The notes under the pieces were generated by a model. That model had not been told where the DNA came from. It ran no database searches and was given only the letters and a program-made list of their open reading frames with translations. This document shows positions 20,115 to 29,736 of a stretch of DNA of 64,000 bases, in pieces; within the stretch, counting starts at the first letter, position 1; each line of letters opens with the position of its first letter. The DNA is from Polyangiales bacterium (GTDB lineage Bacteria; Myxococcota_A; Polyangia; Polyangiales; Polyangiaceae). Where the stretch lies: the NCBI GenBank assembly GCA_038207155.1, contig JBBRAB010000008.1, forward strand, positions 27,709-91,708. The letters run 5' to 3'. A program made the translations under genes and the position numbers.

Positions 20115-22457
20115 CTAATCGAGGGGGGCAAACAGGTCGTCGATCTCGGAGAGCGCCAGTAGGCTAAGGCGGTCAGCTCCACCCAAGATCGAGTCCGCGA
20201 GCTGCCGTTTGCGCTGCTGGAGTGCGAGCATCTTCTGCTCGACGCTTCCAGCGACGATCAGGTTGTAGACAAAGACCGGTCTGGTCTGTCCGATGCGGTA
20301 AGCCCGATCAGTGGCCTGAGCCTGAGCCGCAGCATTCCACCAGGGATCGTAGTGAAACACGGTGTCGGCCCGAGTCAGATTGAGTCCGGTGCCCCCCGCC
20401 TTGAGACTGATCAGAAAGACGTCCACCTCACCGTTCTGAAAGGCATCCACGCGCCGCTGACGATCTGGAGTCGCCCCGGTGAGGGTCACATGCCGAATCC
20501 CGCGCTCGAGCAGCCCCTCGGACAGGATCGCCAACATGCGGGTGAACTGGGAGAACACGAGCACCCGACGCCCCTGCTCCAGCTGCTGAACTAGCAGCTC
20601 GAAGAACAGGCTACGCTTGGCACTCTCTGGAACCTCCTTGGAAGCGGGCAGAGTAACGAGCCGAGGCTCGCAGCAGACCTGACGCAGCTTCATCAACGCA
20701 TCGAGGATCGTAATAGCGCAACCCTCGACTCCCTTGCTGCGGATGGCCTGGCGGACCTCGCTATGAGCCGACAGGCGAATGCTCTCGTAGAGGTCACGCT
20801 GAGCTCCCTCGAGCTCGACCGGGCGCACAAGCTCGGTCTTGGGGGGGAGCTCACGCGCCACGTGCTCTTTCATCCGGCGAAGCAAGAACGGGGCGACTCG
20901 TTCCCGAAGTGCCGCGAGCCGGTCCTCGCAGCCCGCGCGTTCGATCGGATTACGAAAGCGCTGCTGAAAACTGGCGTAGCTCCCCAAGAGCTGCGGCATC
21001 AGAAAGTCGAATTGCGACCACAACTCACCGAGGTTGTTTTCCACCGGAGTTCCACTCAGACACAGGCGATGCGTGGCGCGCAGCTGCTTGACGGCTTGCG
21101 CCGACTGACTGCGCGAATTCTTGATGGCCTGCGCTTCGTCCAGGATCACGTAGTAGAAATCGAGTTCCGCCAGGTGCTCGAGATCACGGTTTAGGATTGG
21201 GTAAGTCGTCAGGACCACGTCGACCTCGGTCAGGCTAGCGCGCTGCTCTGCGCGCTTGGGACCGTGATACGCAAGCACCCGGAGCGTTGGCGCGAACCTC
21301 GCCAGTTCGCGTGCCCAGTTACCGACGAGGCTGGTCGGCATAATTACGAGCGAAGGCAAGGTCATGCGCCCCGCGAGCTGCTCGGTTGCCAGGTGCGCGA
21401 TCGTCTGCAGAGTCTTGCCAAGGCCCATGTCGTCCGCCAGCACTCCGCCAGCCTCGAACTCCCGGAGCCGCTGCAACCAGGCCACGCCGTCGCTCTGATA
21501 GGGGCGCAAAATCGCCTGAACTCCAGCGAACTCTCGCTCGTTTGCCGACTCGGCCCGCTCGCTCAGGCTTAGGCTCCGGCCACGGGCGCGCAGGGCGTCT
21601 CCTCCCTCAAACCGCAGACGGTCGCCGTCCCCTTGACCGAGCACGGTCTCAAGGCGCGTGAGGCTCGTCGCTTGCGCCCCGGCAAAGCAGAGCTTACCCG
21701 CGGGCGTCCGCTCACCGCGGTAGAGCTCGAGTAGCACCTGGAGCAGGGCGCGTAGGCGCTCGGGCGGCAGGGTGACGTAGCGATTCGGTCCAACTGCGAT
21801 AGCCCGCCGACGCGCGGTCAGTCGGAGCAGGGAGTCGAGCGACTCGCCTTCTCGATGCTGCTCCAGCATTTCGAGCAGGACGGAGAGGACGTCGACGCGC
21901 CTGCCGTCCACCTGCAGCCCAAGTTCGAGGGAGAACCAATCGGTGCGTTGCTCATCAGGCGAGATGAGCGCGATCCATGGGGGATCGTCGTCCACCACGT
22001 GGTAGGGGTAGGCGGGATCGATCGTGACGTCAAAACCGAGCGCCTCGAGCTGCGGCAGGGCGTAGACGGAAAAGGAGCACCAGCTGTGCACGTTGCCGTC
22101 GACTTGGACCAGGTAGTCCGCCGGGCTGTCAAAGGGAGCCATGAGTTCGGGTGCATGGTCGAGCTCGATCGCCCCAAAGCTCTCAATTAAGCAAAGCGAA
22201 CGAGCCTCGCCTGCCCGATCGCGCTCGACCTCGACCATCCCGCGAGGGGTCGCGACGAAGAACCGCTCGCGGGGGTCACGCAGGGACAGCAGCGTGCCGT
22301 CGTAGTCAAAGCCGATCGACAGCACCGGCAACTCGCACTCGCGCTCGCACTCGTCGCAATCCCCCTCGACCGTGAAGCGCTCGGTGAATAGCCGAACCCG
22401 AGTCAGGGCCTTGCCCACCCGACCGGATGTCTGAACAGATGTCACCGATTCCGGCAT
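20115..22457 (-). CDS. SNF2-family DEAD/DEAH-box helicase
   Basis: Motif I DDMGLGKTLQ, motif II ILDEAQAIKN, and a helicase-C region (GGTGLNLTRADTVFHYDPWWN, QATDRAYRIGQ). A large N-terminal SNF2-associated region is present. Start uncertain (ATG 22457; ORF is open to 22586). Confidence 0.85.
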   Translation of the reverse strand: MPESVTSVQTSGRVGKALTRVRLFTERFTVEGDCDECERECELPVLSIGFDYDGTLLSLRDPRERFFVATPRGMVEVERDRAGEARSLCLIESFGAIELDHAPELMAPFDSPADYLVQVDGNVHSWCSFSVYALPQLEALGFDVTIDPAYPYHVVDDDPPWIALISPDEQRTDWFSLELGLQVDGRRVDVLSVLLEMLEQHREGESLDSLLRLTARRRAIAVGPNRYVTLPPERLRALLQVLLELYRGERTPAGKLCFAGAQATSLTRLETVLGQGDGDRLRFEGGDALRARGRSLSLSERAESANEREFAGVQAILRPYQSDGVAWLQRLREFEAGGVLADDMGLGKTLQTIAHLATEQLAGRMTLPSLVIMPTSLVGNWARELARFAPTLRVLAYHGPKRAEQRASLTEVDVVLTTYPILNRDLEHLAELDFYYVILDEAQAIKNSRSQSAQAVKQLRATHRLCLSGTPVENNLGELWSQFDFLMPQLLGSYASFQQRFRNPIERAGCEDRLAALRERVAPFLLRRMKEHVARELPPKTELVRPVELEGAQRDLYESIRLSAHSEVRQAIRSKGVEGCAITILDALMKLRQVCCEPRLVTLPASKEVPESAKRSLFFELLVQQLEQGRRVLVFSQFTRMLAILSEGLLERGIRHVTLTGATPDRQRRVDAFQNGEVDVFLISLKAGGTGLNLTRADTVFHYDPWWNAAAQAQATDRAYRIGQTRPVFVYNLIVAGSVEQKMLALQQRKRQLADSILGGADRLSLLALSEIDDLFAPLD

Positions 22458-22739
22458 GCGCTGAGGGTTACACCAAACCTCTGTGCCGTTGTCGATGTGG
22501 AACCGACGAGCCTGGCTTACGAGGCATTTGGCCCCCAGGCGCGGCCGCCCTGACCCCATCCGGGGGAGCGGAGTTGCGCCGATCACTGCAATCGTTACCG
22601 TCTCCGAGTCACTCGTTGCCCGGTTTTCAGTGCCATCGCACGGACCGCCCTTGCCCGCGGGGGGGGTGGCGTGCTTACATTTTGGCCAGCAGGTTGCCTA
22701 AACGGCTGCAACTCTGCGCACTTGACGGATGAAACCGCA

Positions 22740-24608
22740 ATGACCGAACTGCAGTCCGGAATGGCCCTCGGTCGATACGAGCTGCTCGTTCGTGTTGGTC
22801 GCGGGGGAATGGCGGGAGTCTGGGTCGCCCGCGAGCGTTCTGCCGTCAGCGGAAAACAGCGACTCGTCGCGGTCAAGGCGATGCTGCCCGAGCTCGCCCA
22901 GCATTCCGAATTCCGCTCGATGTTTCTCGGCGAGGTGCAGATCATTCAGAGCATCCGCCACGACAACGTGGTGCGCGTTTACGAGGTCTCTGAAGACCGC
23001 GGCACGCTCTACATGGTGATGGAGTGGGTAGAGGGTGATTCCCTTCGCAACGTGATCCGCGCAGCCAAGAGTCGCGGAGCCCTGCCTCCTGAGATCGCCG
23101 TGCGCATCGCCGCCGACGCCGCCGCCGGTCTGCACGCTGCCCATGAGCTGCGCGACTGGGACGGAGAATTGAGAGGCGTCGTGCACTGCGACGTATCTCC
23201 CCACAACATCCTCGTGGGCATCGACGGCAAGGCCAAACTCGTCGATTTCGGGATTGCTAACGCGCTCGGACGCCTCGACACCTCGAGCGAAGGCGAGAAG
23301 ATCAAGGGCAAGCTCAGCTACATGTCGCCCGAGCAGGCGCGCGGTGAGCGCCTCGATCGGCGCACCGACGTCTTCGCGCTTGGGATCGTGCTGTTTGAGA
23401 TGACCACCGGGGAGCAGCTGTTCCGCGGTCGCGATGCGGCCCACACGCTTGAGCTCGTCAAGCACGGCACGATACCGCGCCCCACGCACCTCAATCCGCG
23501 CTACCCGGAAAAGCTCGAGGCGATCGCCCTCAAGGCACTCGATCGCGACCCTGGGCGGCGGTACCAAACGGCGCAGGAGCTCGAACAGGCTCTGACCTCG
23601 TACCTGTTCGAGGAGCGCATCCTGGTTTCCCATGGCGCGGTCGCGCAGCTTCTGCACCGCGTGATGGGTCCGCGCATCGACAAGCGGCGCGAGGTGATTG
23701 AGTCCGTGCTGCAGGCGGTCGATGGCAATCTGTCGACCAATCAGGCCACGAGTCACTCGAGCCTGGCATCGCTGGGCGATTTTGCGCCGATGGCGAGCGA
23801 TCCATTCGCGAACACGGCGGTGCTCACGGGCGACAGCGATCTCGGCATCGCCGCACGCCTTGAGGCCCACACGAGCCTGGCTGTCCCCCTCTCGACGGAT
23901 TCGCGCCCCCCCGCCGCGCCGCCGGAGCGCTCATCTTCAGCGGCGTTGTGGCTCGGCCTGCTCGCGCTGCTCGTCGCCGCTGCTGGCGCGGGCCTCTACG
24001 TGATGCAGCGACAGGCCAGCCTTTCAAGCCGCTCCGCGGGCAACAACCCAGGCCTCTCCGTGCCAACCTCGGCCGGGCCGTCGCGGACGCAGTCCTCGGC
24101 GGGCTCTCGCGTCGGTGATGACGCGCAAAGCATCGACAATCTTCCCATGGCTGCCGACGGCACTCCGCTGCCGGCTGGCGCGCATCATCGCGCCAATCAC
24201 AAGCCCGGGGAGCCCGAGGTCGCCGACAACAGCAGCCCGTCGACACCCGCGGACGCTCCCAAAGAGCAAGCGAAAGAGCCGCCCAAAGAGGAACCGAAGG
24301 AGCCGCCCAAGGAGTCCGATCCCCCCAAGCCTGCCGAGGGGCTCAACCGCGCTGCCGCCAACAGCGCGCTGGCGTCCGCAGCAGCAGCCGCGCGCGCCTG
24401 TCGCAGCTACGGTCGAAGTCCCACAGGTTCAGGGCGCGCCGCGGTCACCTTCAGTCCCGAGGGGTCAGTCGTGTCCGTCAGTGTCTCTCAGCAGTTTACG
24501 GGAACGGCTATCGGGAACTGCGTGCTGTCGCACTTCCGTCAGGCGCGGGCGCCCGAGTTCTCGGGCGAGGCCACGACGTTGTTCTATCCATTCGACATCC
24601 CCGAGTGA
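22740..24608 (+). CDS. Ser/Thr protein kinase with TM segment and C-terminal beta domain
   Basis: GRGGMAGVWVA, VAVKAM, HCDVSPHNILV, DFGIA and LSYMSPEQ. TM helix LWLGLLALLVAAAGAGLYV. KEPPKE repeats. ATG at 22740. Confidence 0.9.
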   Translation: MTELQSGMALGRYELLVRVGRGGMAGVWVARERSAVSGKQRLVAVKAMLPELAQHSEFRSMFLGEVQIIQSIRHDNVVRVYEVSEDRGTLYMVMEWVEGDSLRNVIRAAKSRGALPPEIAVRIAADAAAGLHAAHELRDWDGELRGVVHCDVSPHNILVGIDGKAKLVDFGIANALGRLDTSSEGEKIKGKLSYMSPEQARGERLDRRTDVFALGIVLFEMTTGEQLFRGRDAAHTLELVKHGTIPRPTHLNPRYPEKLEAIALKALDRDPGRRYQTAQELEQALTSYLFEERILVSHGAVAQLLHRVMGPRIDKRREVIESVLQAVDGNLSTNQATSHSSLASLGDFAPMASDPFANTAVLTGDSDLGIAARLEAHTSLAVPLSTDSRPPAAPPERSSSAALWLGLLALLVAAAGAGLYVMQRQASLSSRSAGNNPGLSVPTSAGPSRTQSSAGSRVGDDAQSIDNLPMAADGTPLPAGAHHRANHKPGEPEVADNSSPSTPADAPKEQAKEPPKEEPKEPPKESDPPKPAEGLNRAAANSALASAAAAARACRSYGRSPTGSGRAAVTFSPEGSVVSVSVSQQFTGTAIGNCVLSHFRQARAPEFSGEATTLFYPFDIPE

Positions 24609-25342
24609 GCCGGCGCGGCCCCAACCGCGTCGGTAGCCGCAGAAGGATGGGCGTCATCCGCACCAAAGTAGCGTTCGAGTAGGTTGTGCCCGACGTAGAT
24701 CACCGGCACGGTCGCCACCGCGATCAAGACCTTGTACGTGTAGTTGGTAGCGCTGAGCTCGACCACGCGGCTGGGGCTGAGTTTCCCAGGAATTCCGAAG
24801 GCAATGGCGTTGATCACGAAAGTGTCGAGCAGCTGCGAGACAAGCGTTGAGCTAAGCGCGCGCAACCACAGCAACCGGTCGCCCGTGCGCCCCCGAGCGA
24901 ACACGAACACCAGGGCGTCGACCAGCTGACTGACGGCAAACGCGACCACTGAGCCCGCGATGATCCAGAGCGACTGCCCAAACACTGTCCGAAACGCACC
25001 GTCGCTCACGGGTGAAAAACCAGCAGCTGGCACCTGCATGCAGAGCCACAGCAGTCCGAAGGAATAGACGATCAGGGCGATCGCCAGCAGCGTCAAGCGG
25101 CGGACGGCCCTTGGCCCGTAGTACTCATTGATCAGATCGGTGGTCACGAAGACCACTGGCCAGGGGATGACCCCAATGCTCATCACCCAGCCGTGCACCT
25201 GCACCAGCTTTCCGCCGATCACTTCTCCGAGCAGGGCGTGAGCCAGAAACACCCCGGCGAGCACCAGAAAGACCAGCTCCCGCCTCGTGGGCCGATGACG
25301 CTGTCCTTCTTGATGCCAGAGGCTTGAAAGGCTTTGAGTCAT
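24584..25342 (-). CDS. queuosine-precursor transporter family (YhhQ/VUT, DUF165) membrane protein
   Basis: Polytopic membrane protein with family-like motifs VFVTTDLINEYYG and LVSQLLDTFV. ATG at 25342. Its 3' end overlaps the convergent kinase gene by 25 bp. Confidence 0.7.
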   Translation of the reverse strand: MTQSLSSLWHQEGQRHRPTRRELVFLVLAGVFLAHALLGEVIGGKLVQVHGWVMSIGVIPWPVVFVTTDLINEYYGPRAVRRLTLLAIALIVYSFGLLWLCMQVPAAGFSPVSDGAFRTVFGQSLWIIAGSVVAFAVSQLVDALVFVFARGRTGDRLLWLRALSSTLVSQLLDTFVINAIAFGIPGKLSPSRVVELSATNYTYKVLIAVATVPVIYVGHNLLERYFGADDAHPSAATDAVGAAPAHSGMSNG

Positions 25343-25434
25343 AGTGCTGCTCCGTCCAGCCAGCCTTGGGCCAGCGTGGGATTGTGGCAAGTGCGTTCCA
25401 GAAGCTGGGCAAATCGTGCTATTGGGCGAGCGCT

Positions 25435-26739
25435 ATGCGTCGCAATATCGTCCATCCTGGAGCGTCCGAGCTCACCTACGAGATCCGCGGAATCGTTGAT
25501 TTTGCCAACGAGGTCCAACGGATCAGCGGACGTCCGATTTGCTGGGAAAACATCGGTGATCCGGTCCAAAAGGGGGAAAAGCTCCCCGAGTGGATCAAGG
25601 ACATCGTGGCCAGCACGATCCGCGAAGACCTCTCGTTTGCCTACTGCCCGACCCGCGGGGTGGCCACCACGCGAGAGTACCTGGCTGAGCGCGTCAACTC
25701 GCGTGGCAAGGTCAAGCTGGCCGCGGACGACATCCTATTTTTCAACGGGCTCGGCGACGCGATTAGCAAGGTGTACTCGATGCTCGCGCCCCAGGCGCGC
25801 GTGATCGGGCCGTCGCCTTCGTACTCGACCCACTCCTCGGCCGAGGCCGCCCATGCGGGGTCGACGGCGATCGTCTATCAGCTCGATCCGCGCAACGGCT
25901 GGATGCCGGACCTTGAGGAGCTGCGTAACAAGGTCAAGTACAACGACAGCATCGCGGGGCTGATGATCATCAACCCGGACAACCCCACCGGCGCGGTCTT
26001 TCCGCCCGCGGTCATCCGCGAAATGGTGGCGATCGCTCGGGAGTACAATCTCTTCATCGTGGCCGACGAGATCTACCAGAACCTCGTCTACGACGGACAA
26101 GACTACCTCCCCCTGTCGGATCTGATCGAAGACGTGCCTGCCATTGCGCTCAAAGGGATCTCCAAGGACATGCCTTGGCCCGGCTCGCGCTGCGGCTGGA
26201 TGGAAGTCTACAACGCGGATCGTCGTCCGATGTTCCGCCGCTACGTGCGCTCGCTCCTCGACGCCAAGATGCTCGAGGTCTGCTCGACCACCTTGCCGCA
26301 GCTCGTGGCGCCGAAGGTCTACTCGGATCCGCGCTTCGAGGACTGGTCGGCTCAGCGTCGTGCGTTTTTCCAGCGGCGTGCCAAGCGCGCGACCGAGCTG
26401 CTGTCCAAGAGCTCCGCGCTGATCGTCAATGAGCCCAAGGGAGCCTTTTACATCAGCGTCGTGTTCAGCGAGCAGCTGACCGAGAAGATGGGACTGCGCA
26501 TCGAAGATGAGCGGCTCGAGTCCTATGTCCAGCAGCGTTGCTCACCCGGCATGCAGCTCGACCGCAAGTTCGCCTACGAGCTGCTCGGAGCGCACAACAT
26601 CTGCATCGTGCCGCTGAGCGGCTTCATGTGCTCGCGCAACGGGTTCCGCGCAACGCTGCTCGAACGCGACGACGCCACCTTCGACCGCGTCTTTAGTACC
26701 CTCGCGACAGCAGTCGACGAGTTCGTCGCCAATGGCTGA
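25435..26739 (+). CDS. class I/II PLP-dependent aminotransferase (AlaA/AspC-like)
   Basis: IINPDNPTG, ADEIYQNLVYDG and the PLP-lysine context LKGISKDMPWPGSRCGW. ATG at 25435. Confidence 0.85.
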   Translation: MRRNIVHPGASELTYEIRGIVDFANEVQRISGRPICWENIGDPVQKGEKLPEWIKDIVASTIREDLSFAYCPTRGVATTREYLAERVNSRGKVKLAADDILFFNGLGDAISKVYSMLAPQARVIGPSPSYSTHSSAEAAHAGSTAIVYQLDPRNGWMPDLEELRNKVKYNDSIAGLMIINPDNPTGAVFPPAVIREMVAIAREYNLFIVADEIYQNLVYDGQDYLPLSDLIEDVPAIALKGISKDMPWPGSRCGWMEVYNADRRPMFRRYVRSLLDAKMLEVCSTTLPQLVAPKVYSDPRFEDWSAQRRAFFQRRAKRATELLSKSSALIVNEPKGAFYISVVFSEQLTEKMGLRIEDERLESYVQQRCSPGMQLDRKFAYELLGAHNICIVPLSGFMCSRNGFRATLLERDDATFDRVFSTLATAVDEFVANG

Positions 26740-27103
26740 GTCTGACGCGCTGCGGCTCTGGCTGTCAGCGCTGTCGGAGCTTGGTGAGGGTGACGTGCGC
26801 GTCTTTCGCTTTCGCCGCGGCAAGGCGCGCTGCGAGGGCTTCGTCCTACGCTATCGCGGCGTGCTCTGCGCCTACGAGAATCGCTGTCCGCACTGGGGCA
26901 TCGATCTCGATCTCGGCGACGAGCGCTTCTACGACGCGCCCAGCGAGCGCATCTACTGTAAGACCCACGGAGCAACGTTCCTCCCGTACTCGGGCGAATG
27001 CGACACCGGACCCTGCCGTGGGGAGCGTCTTGACCGCCTCGAGCTCGAGCTCGCGGGCCACGATGCCTGGGTCATCATCCCGGACGCCCAGCTCTTCGTT
27101 TAG
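26732..27103 (+). CDS. Rieske [2Fe-2S] domain protein
   Basis: Rieske ligand motifs CPHWG and CKTHGATF. The start overlaps the aminotransferase stop (ATGGCTGA). Confidence 0.8.
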   Translation: MAESDALRLWLSALSELGEGDVRVFRFRRGKARCEGFVLRYRGVLCAYENRCPHWGIDLDLGDERFYDAPSERIYCKTHGATFLPYSGECDTGPCRGERLDRLELELAGHDAWVIIPDAQLFV

Positions 27104-27203
27104 GGGCGAGGCCACCCCGAACACTCGTCGACCCGCATGGCCAGTCTGAGCGCGAAGTCCCATTTCTGGGGAATCCCTGGTCGGGACCTTGACGTCTAGG
27201 GAT

Positions 27204-27230
27204 ATATCTACATATTTCCGATGTAGAAAT
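27204..27230. promoter_or_regulatory. AT-rich inverted repeat (candidate operator) upstream of the YeeE/YedE pair
   Basis: ATATCTACAT-ATTTCCG-ATGTAGAAAT, with 10-bp arms (9/10 complementary; core TCTACAT/ATGTAGA). It sits in a local low-GC patch 19 nt upstream of ATG 27249. Confidence 0.35.
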
Positions 27231-27248
27231 ACAAACCCCAGCACACCC

Positions 27249-27677
27249 ATGGAAATCTCGATCTTTTTTTGGCCCGTCGTGGGTGGCGCGAGCATCGGAC
27301 TCGCCGCGACCCTTCTAGAACGAGGCGTGGGCCGCGTCGCGGGCGTCAGCGGAATCGTTCGCGGACTGCTCGTCAAGGACGAGGACAGCGCTTGGCGCTG
27401 GGCCTTCATTGGCGGGATGCTGCTCGTTGCGCTCGGAGCTCGCGCCCTGGCTCCCCACACCCTGCCCGTCGGCTCCCTGCCCACCCTGAGCGGAGCAGTC
27501 GTGGCTGGTGCCCTCGTGGGCCTCGGAGCGGGCCTGAGCAATGGCTGCACGAGTGGTCATGGGATCTGTGGGCTCAGTCGTGGCGCCTGGCGCAGCATCG
27601 CTGCCACCGCAACGTTCATGCTGTGTGGAGTCGCGACCGTGTACCTGCGTCGCTTGATGCAGCAAGGAGCCCCGTGA
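27249..27677 (+). CDS. YeeE/YedE-family sulfur-compound transporter, first half-size subunit
   Basis: Membrane protein with the family motif NGCTSGHGICGLSR. ATG at 27249 (track ORF starts at 27189). Confidence 0.75.
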   Translation: MEISIFFWPVVGGASIGLAATLLERGVGRVAGVSGIVRGLLVKDEDSAWRWAFIGGMLLVALGARALAPHTLPVGSLPTLSGAVVAGALVGLGAGLSNGCTSGHGICGLSRGAWRSIAATATFMLCGVATVYLRRLMQQGAP

Positions 27678-28228
27678 TGGTTCACCGTCGCATTGGACTC
27701 GCCGCGCTCTCGGGCGTGCTGTTTGGCCTCGGGCTCGTGCTCTCGGGCATGACCCAACCCGCCAAGGTGCTCGGGTTTCTCGATCTGACGGGACACTTCG
27801 ATCCGAGCCTGGCCGGCGTCATGGCGGGAGCCATCGCGGTCCATGCGGTCACGCGCCGCCTTCGGCGCCCGGCTGCGGAGCGCCTGACCTGGGAGAAGGA
27901 GTTGTCGCACGGGCGCGTCGACGGACCGCTGCTGTTTGGCGCAGCGTTGTTCGGGATCGGCTGGGGACTAGCTGGAATTTGTCCCGGTCCCGCCCTGATG
28001 GCGCTCGTGGTTGGCCCGACCATGCCGCTGTTTCTCGGCCCGATGCTGGCGGGACTGCACCTCGGGTGGCGCTGGCGCATGGCGCACCAGAGCCGCACCG
28101 CGCGTAAAGCATGCTCAGGGATGAATGTGCACGACCGTGCCGCGATCCTTGTTCAGCACGCCGTGCCAACCCGGGGGCACGTTGGGATCGGTCCACTCAA
28201 AGAGCCAAGCGGCGTCCTTCGGAGCTAG
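27677..28228 (+). CDS. YeeE/YedE-like (DUF6691-type) membrane protein, second subunit
   Basis: MVHRRIGLAALSGVLFGLGLVLSGM...GIGWGLAGICPGPA. The ATG overlaps the upstream stop (GTGATGG) and AAGGAG lies 8 nt upstream. The last 50 codons or so overlap the convergent L,D-transpeptidase gene. Confidence 0.7.
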   Translation: MVHRRIGLAALSGVLFGLGLVLSGMTQPAKVLGFLDLTGHFDPSLAGVMAGAIAVHAVTRRLRRPAAERLTWEKELSHGRVDGPLLFGAALFGIGWGLAGICPGPALMALVVGPTMPLFLGPMLAGLHLGWRWRMAHQSRTARKACSGMNVHDRAAILVQHAVPTRGHVGIGPLKEPSGVLRS

Positions 28229-29659
28229 GTTGACGCAGCCGTGGCTGCGCATCTTGCCGAACTCGTCGTGCCAGTAGGTCCCGTGCAGGGCAAAGCCCTT
28301 GTGGAAGTATTGAACGAACGGCACGTCGAGCAGGCTGTACGAATCAGTGGCGTCGTCAGCTCCATCCATGGTGGCCGAGACGTGCTTGGCGTAAACCATG
28401 AACGTGCCGCGCGGTGTCGCAAAGCCGGTCTCGGGGTCCCCGAGGGCGCCGCGTCCCGTGCTCACGAGCGTGGCGTAGACGGGATGTCGACCGACGTAGG
28501 CCACCAGCGTTTGGTTGAGGATCGAGATGTCGATCCATTTGCGCTCGCCAGTGGCAAAACTCGGGTACTCCTTGCGCGCGGGGATGATCCGCAGGCCGGC
28601 GGCCGCCACCCAATCCCCACCGGCGACCTCGAGCAGCCCTCCGGGACGTGAGCGTCCCGTGAGCACCACGGGGCTACGACGCGTGACCATGCCGACGGGC
28701 GCGAGCTGCCCCGCTGCGTCGAGACGCGAGCGGGTCGCGCCATTGTCCACCCCAAACGCGGCGCTGGCGAGCGTCCCCTGCTCGTGGATCTCGATGCCAA
28801 CGAGCGCGCTCTCGACGACGATCTTCAGGCGATCGAGCGCGACGATATCGTGCTCGGTCGTGACCGCGTACCAGCGCCCATCCCAGGCAAATCGGTGAGT
28901 GAGCGCAAACCCGCTATCAGCCGCCGCTCGCCCTGAATGCGACGAGAACTCGAGGCGATGCTCGACTCCGTACGGTTTGACGATGTGACCGTGATTGCGC
29001 AGAAACTCGGGGGGCTCGCCCGGTTCACCGAGCAGCTGCGCGACGGCTGGCACCGCATCGACATGCTGCCGCTTCCAGTTGGAAAAACGCACCGCGGGCT
29101 CCACACCCTCAAGGCGACGGATCTCTCGAGCGCTCGGGAGCTGGAAGAAAAAGTGCGGGGGGTCGTCAGCGGCTAGCGCGTACAAATACGGAAGCCCGGC
29201 GCCGCGCGTGGCGCGCTGACTGGCCGCGAGCACCATCGGATGCTTGAGGTCCTTGGTGGCTCCCTTGCCGAGACAGACGTAGCCACGCGGGTTGACGCGC
29301 GCCCAGCCCTCGGCACAACCCGCATTGCTGCCCGCCGCCTGTGCCGCCACGATTTCCCCAACGCGCAGGTAGCCGAGTCGACTCCGCTCGCGACCGCGAT
29401 CGGTGTAGATCCAGGTGCGCCAGGCCGTGCTGGCGAGCTGCTCGCCAGTCGGGACAAACGGCAGGCTGTCCTCGTTGTCGCTCGCGGCGACGGCTGAGGA
29501 CTGAGGACTGACAGGCTCCGGCGCGCCGCCGGCGCCGAGTGAACCGACGCGGCGCTTGGCAACGTCTCGCACCGCGCCCCCCGGAGGCTCACGGTGCTCC
29601 GCGCAGGCCGTCACCACGACGACCTCAAACAACAAGCAGGATAGAAGCACGAGGCGCAC
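28115..29659 (-). CDS. L,D-transpeptidase (YkuD) family protein
   Basis: Signal/lipoprotein N-terminus (LLSCLLFEVVVVTAC). Catalytic motif FALHGTYWHDEFGKMRSHGCVNL. Confidence 0.85.
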   Translation of the reverse strand: MRLVLLSCLLFEVVVVTACAEHREPPGGAVRDVAKRRVGSLGAGGAPEPVSPQSSAVAASDNEDSLPFVPTGEQLASTAWRTWIYTDRGRERSRLGYLRVGEIVAAQAAGSNAGCAEGWARVNPRGYVCLGKGATKDLKHPMVLAASQRATRGAGLPYLYALAADDPPHFFFQLPSAREIRRLEGVEPAVRFSNWKRQHVDAVPAVAQLLGEPGEPPEFLRNHGHIVKPYGVEHRLEFSSHSGRAAADSGFALTHRFAWDGRWYAVTTEHDIVALDRLKIVVESALVGIEIHEQGTLASAAFGVDNGATRSRLDAAGQLAPVGMVTRRSPVVLTGRSRPGGLLEVAGGDWVAAAGLRIIPARKEYPSFATGERKWIDISILNQTLVAYVGRHPVYATLVSTGRGALGDPETGFATPRGTFMVYAKHVSATMDGADDATDSYSLLDVPFVQYFHKGFALHGTYWHDEFGKMRSHGCVNLAPKDAAWLFEWTDPNVPPGWHGVLNKDRGTVVHIHP

Positions 29660-29736
29660 GGGCCGGGGCCTAGCACGAACCCTGGCCCGAGGGGTTCTAG
29701 CGTGCCCAGAGTTCGCCTCGGCTCTATGCTCGGGCC

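Noticed and set aside
20115-22586. SNF2 helicase as part of a defence system (DISARM/Zorya-like)
   Set aside because: No methyltransferase, PLD nuclease, DUF1998, ZorA/B-like or other partner genes are nearby. The neighbours are a VOC protein, a radical SAM enzyme and a kinase. The N-terminal SNF2-associated region fits the common RapA/HepA-like housekeeping type.
27269-27676. 319-aa ORF 27269-28228 as one long protein
   Set aside because: Its first 136 codons are an Arg-rich alternate frame of the first YeeE/YedE gene. The real protein starts at ATG 27677, with its own AAGGAG.
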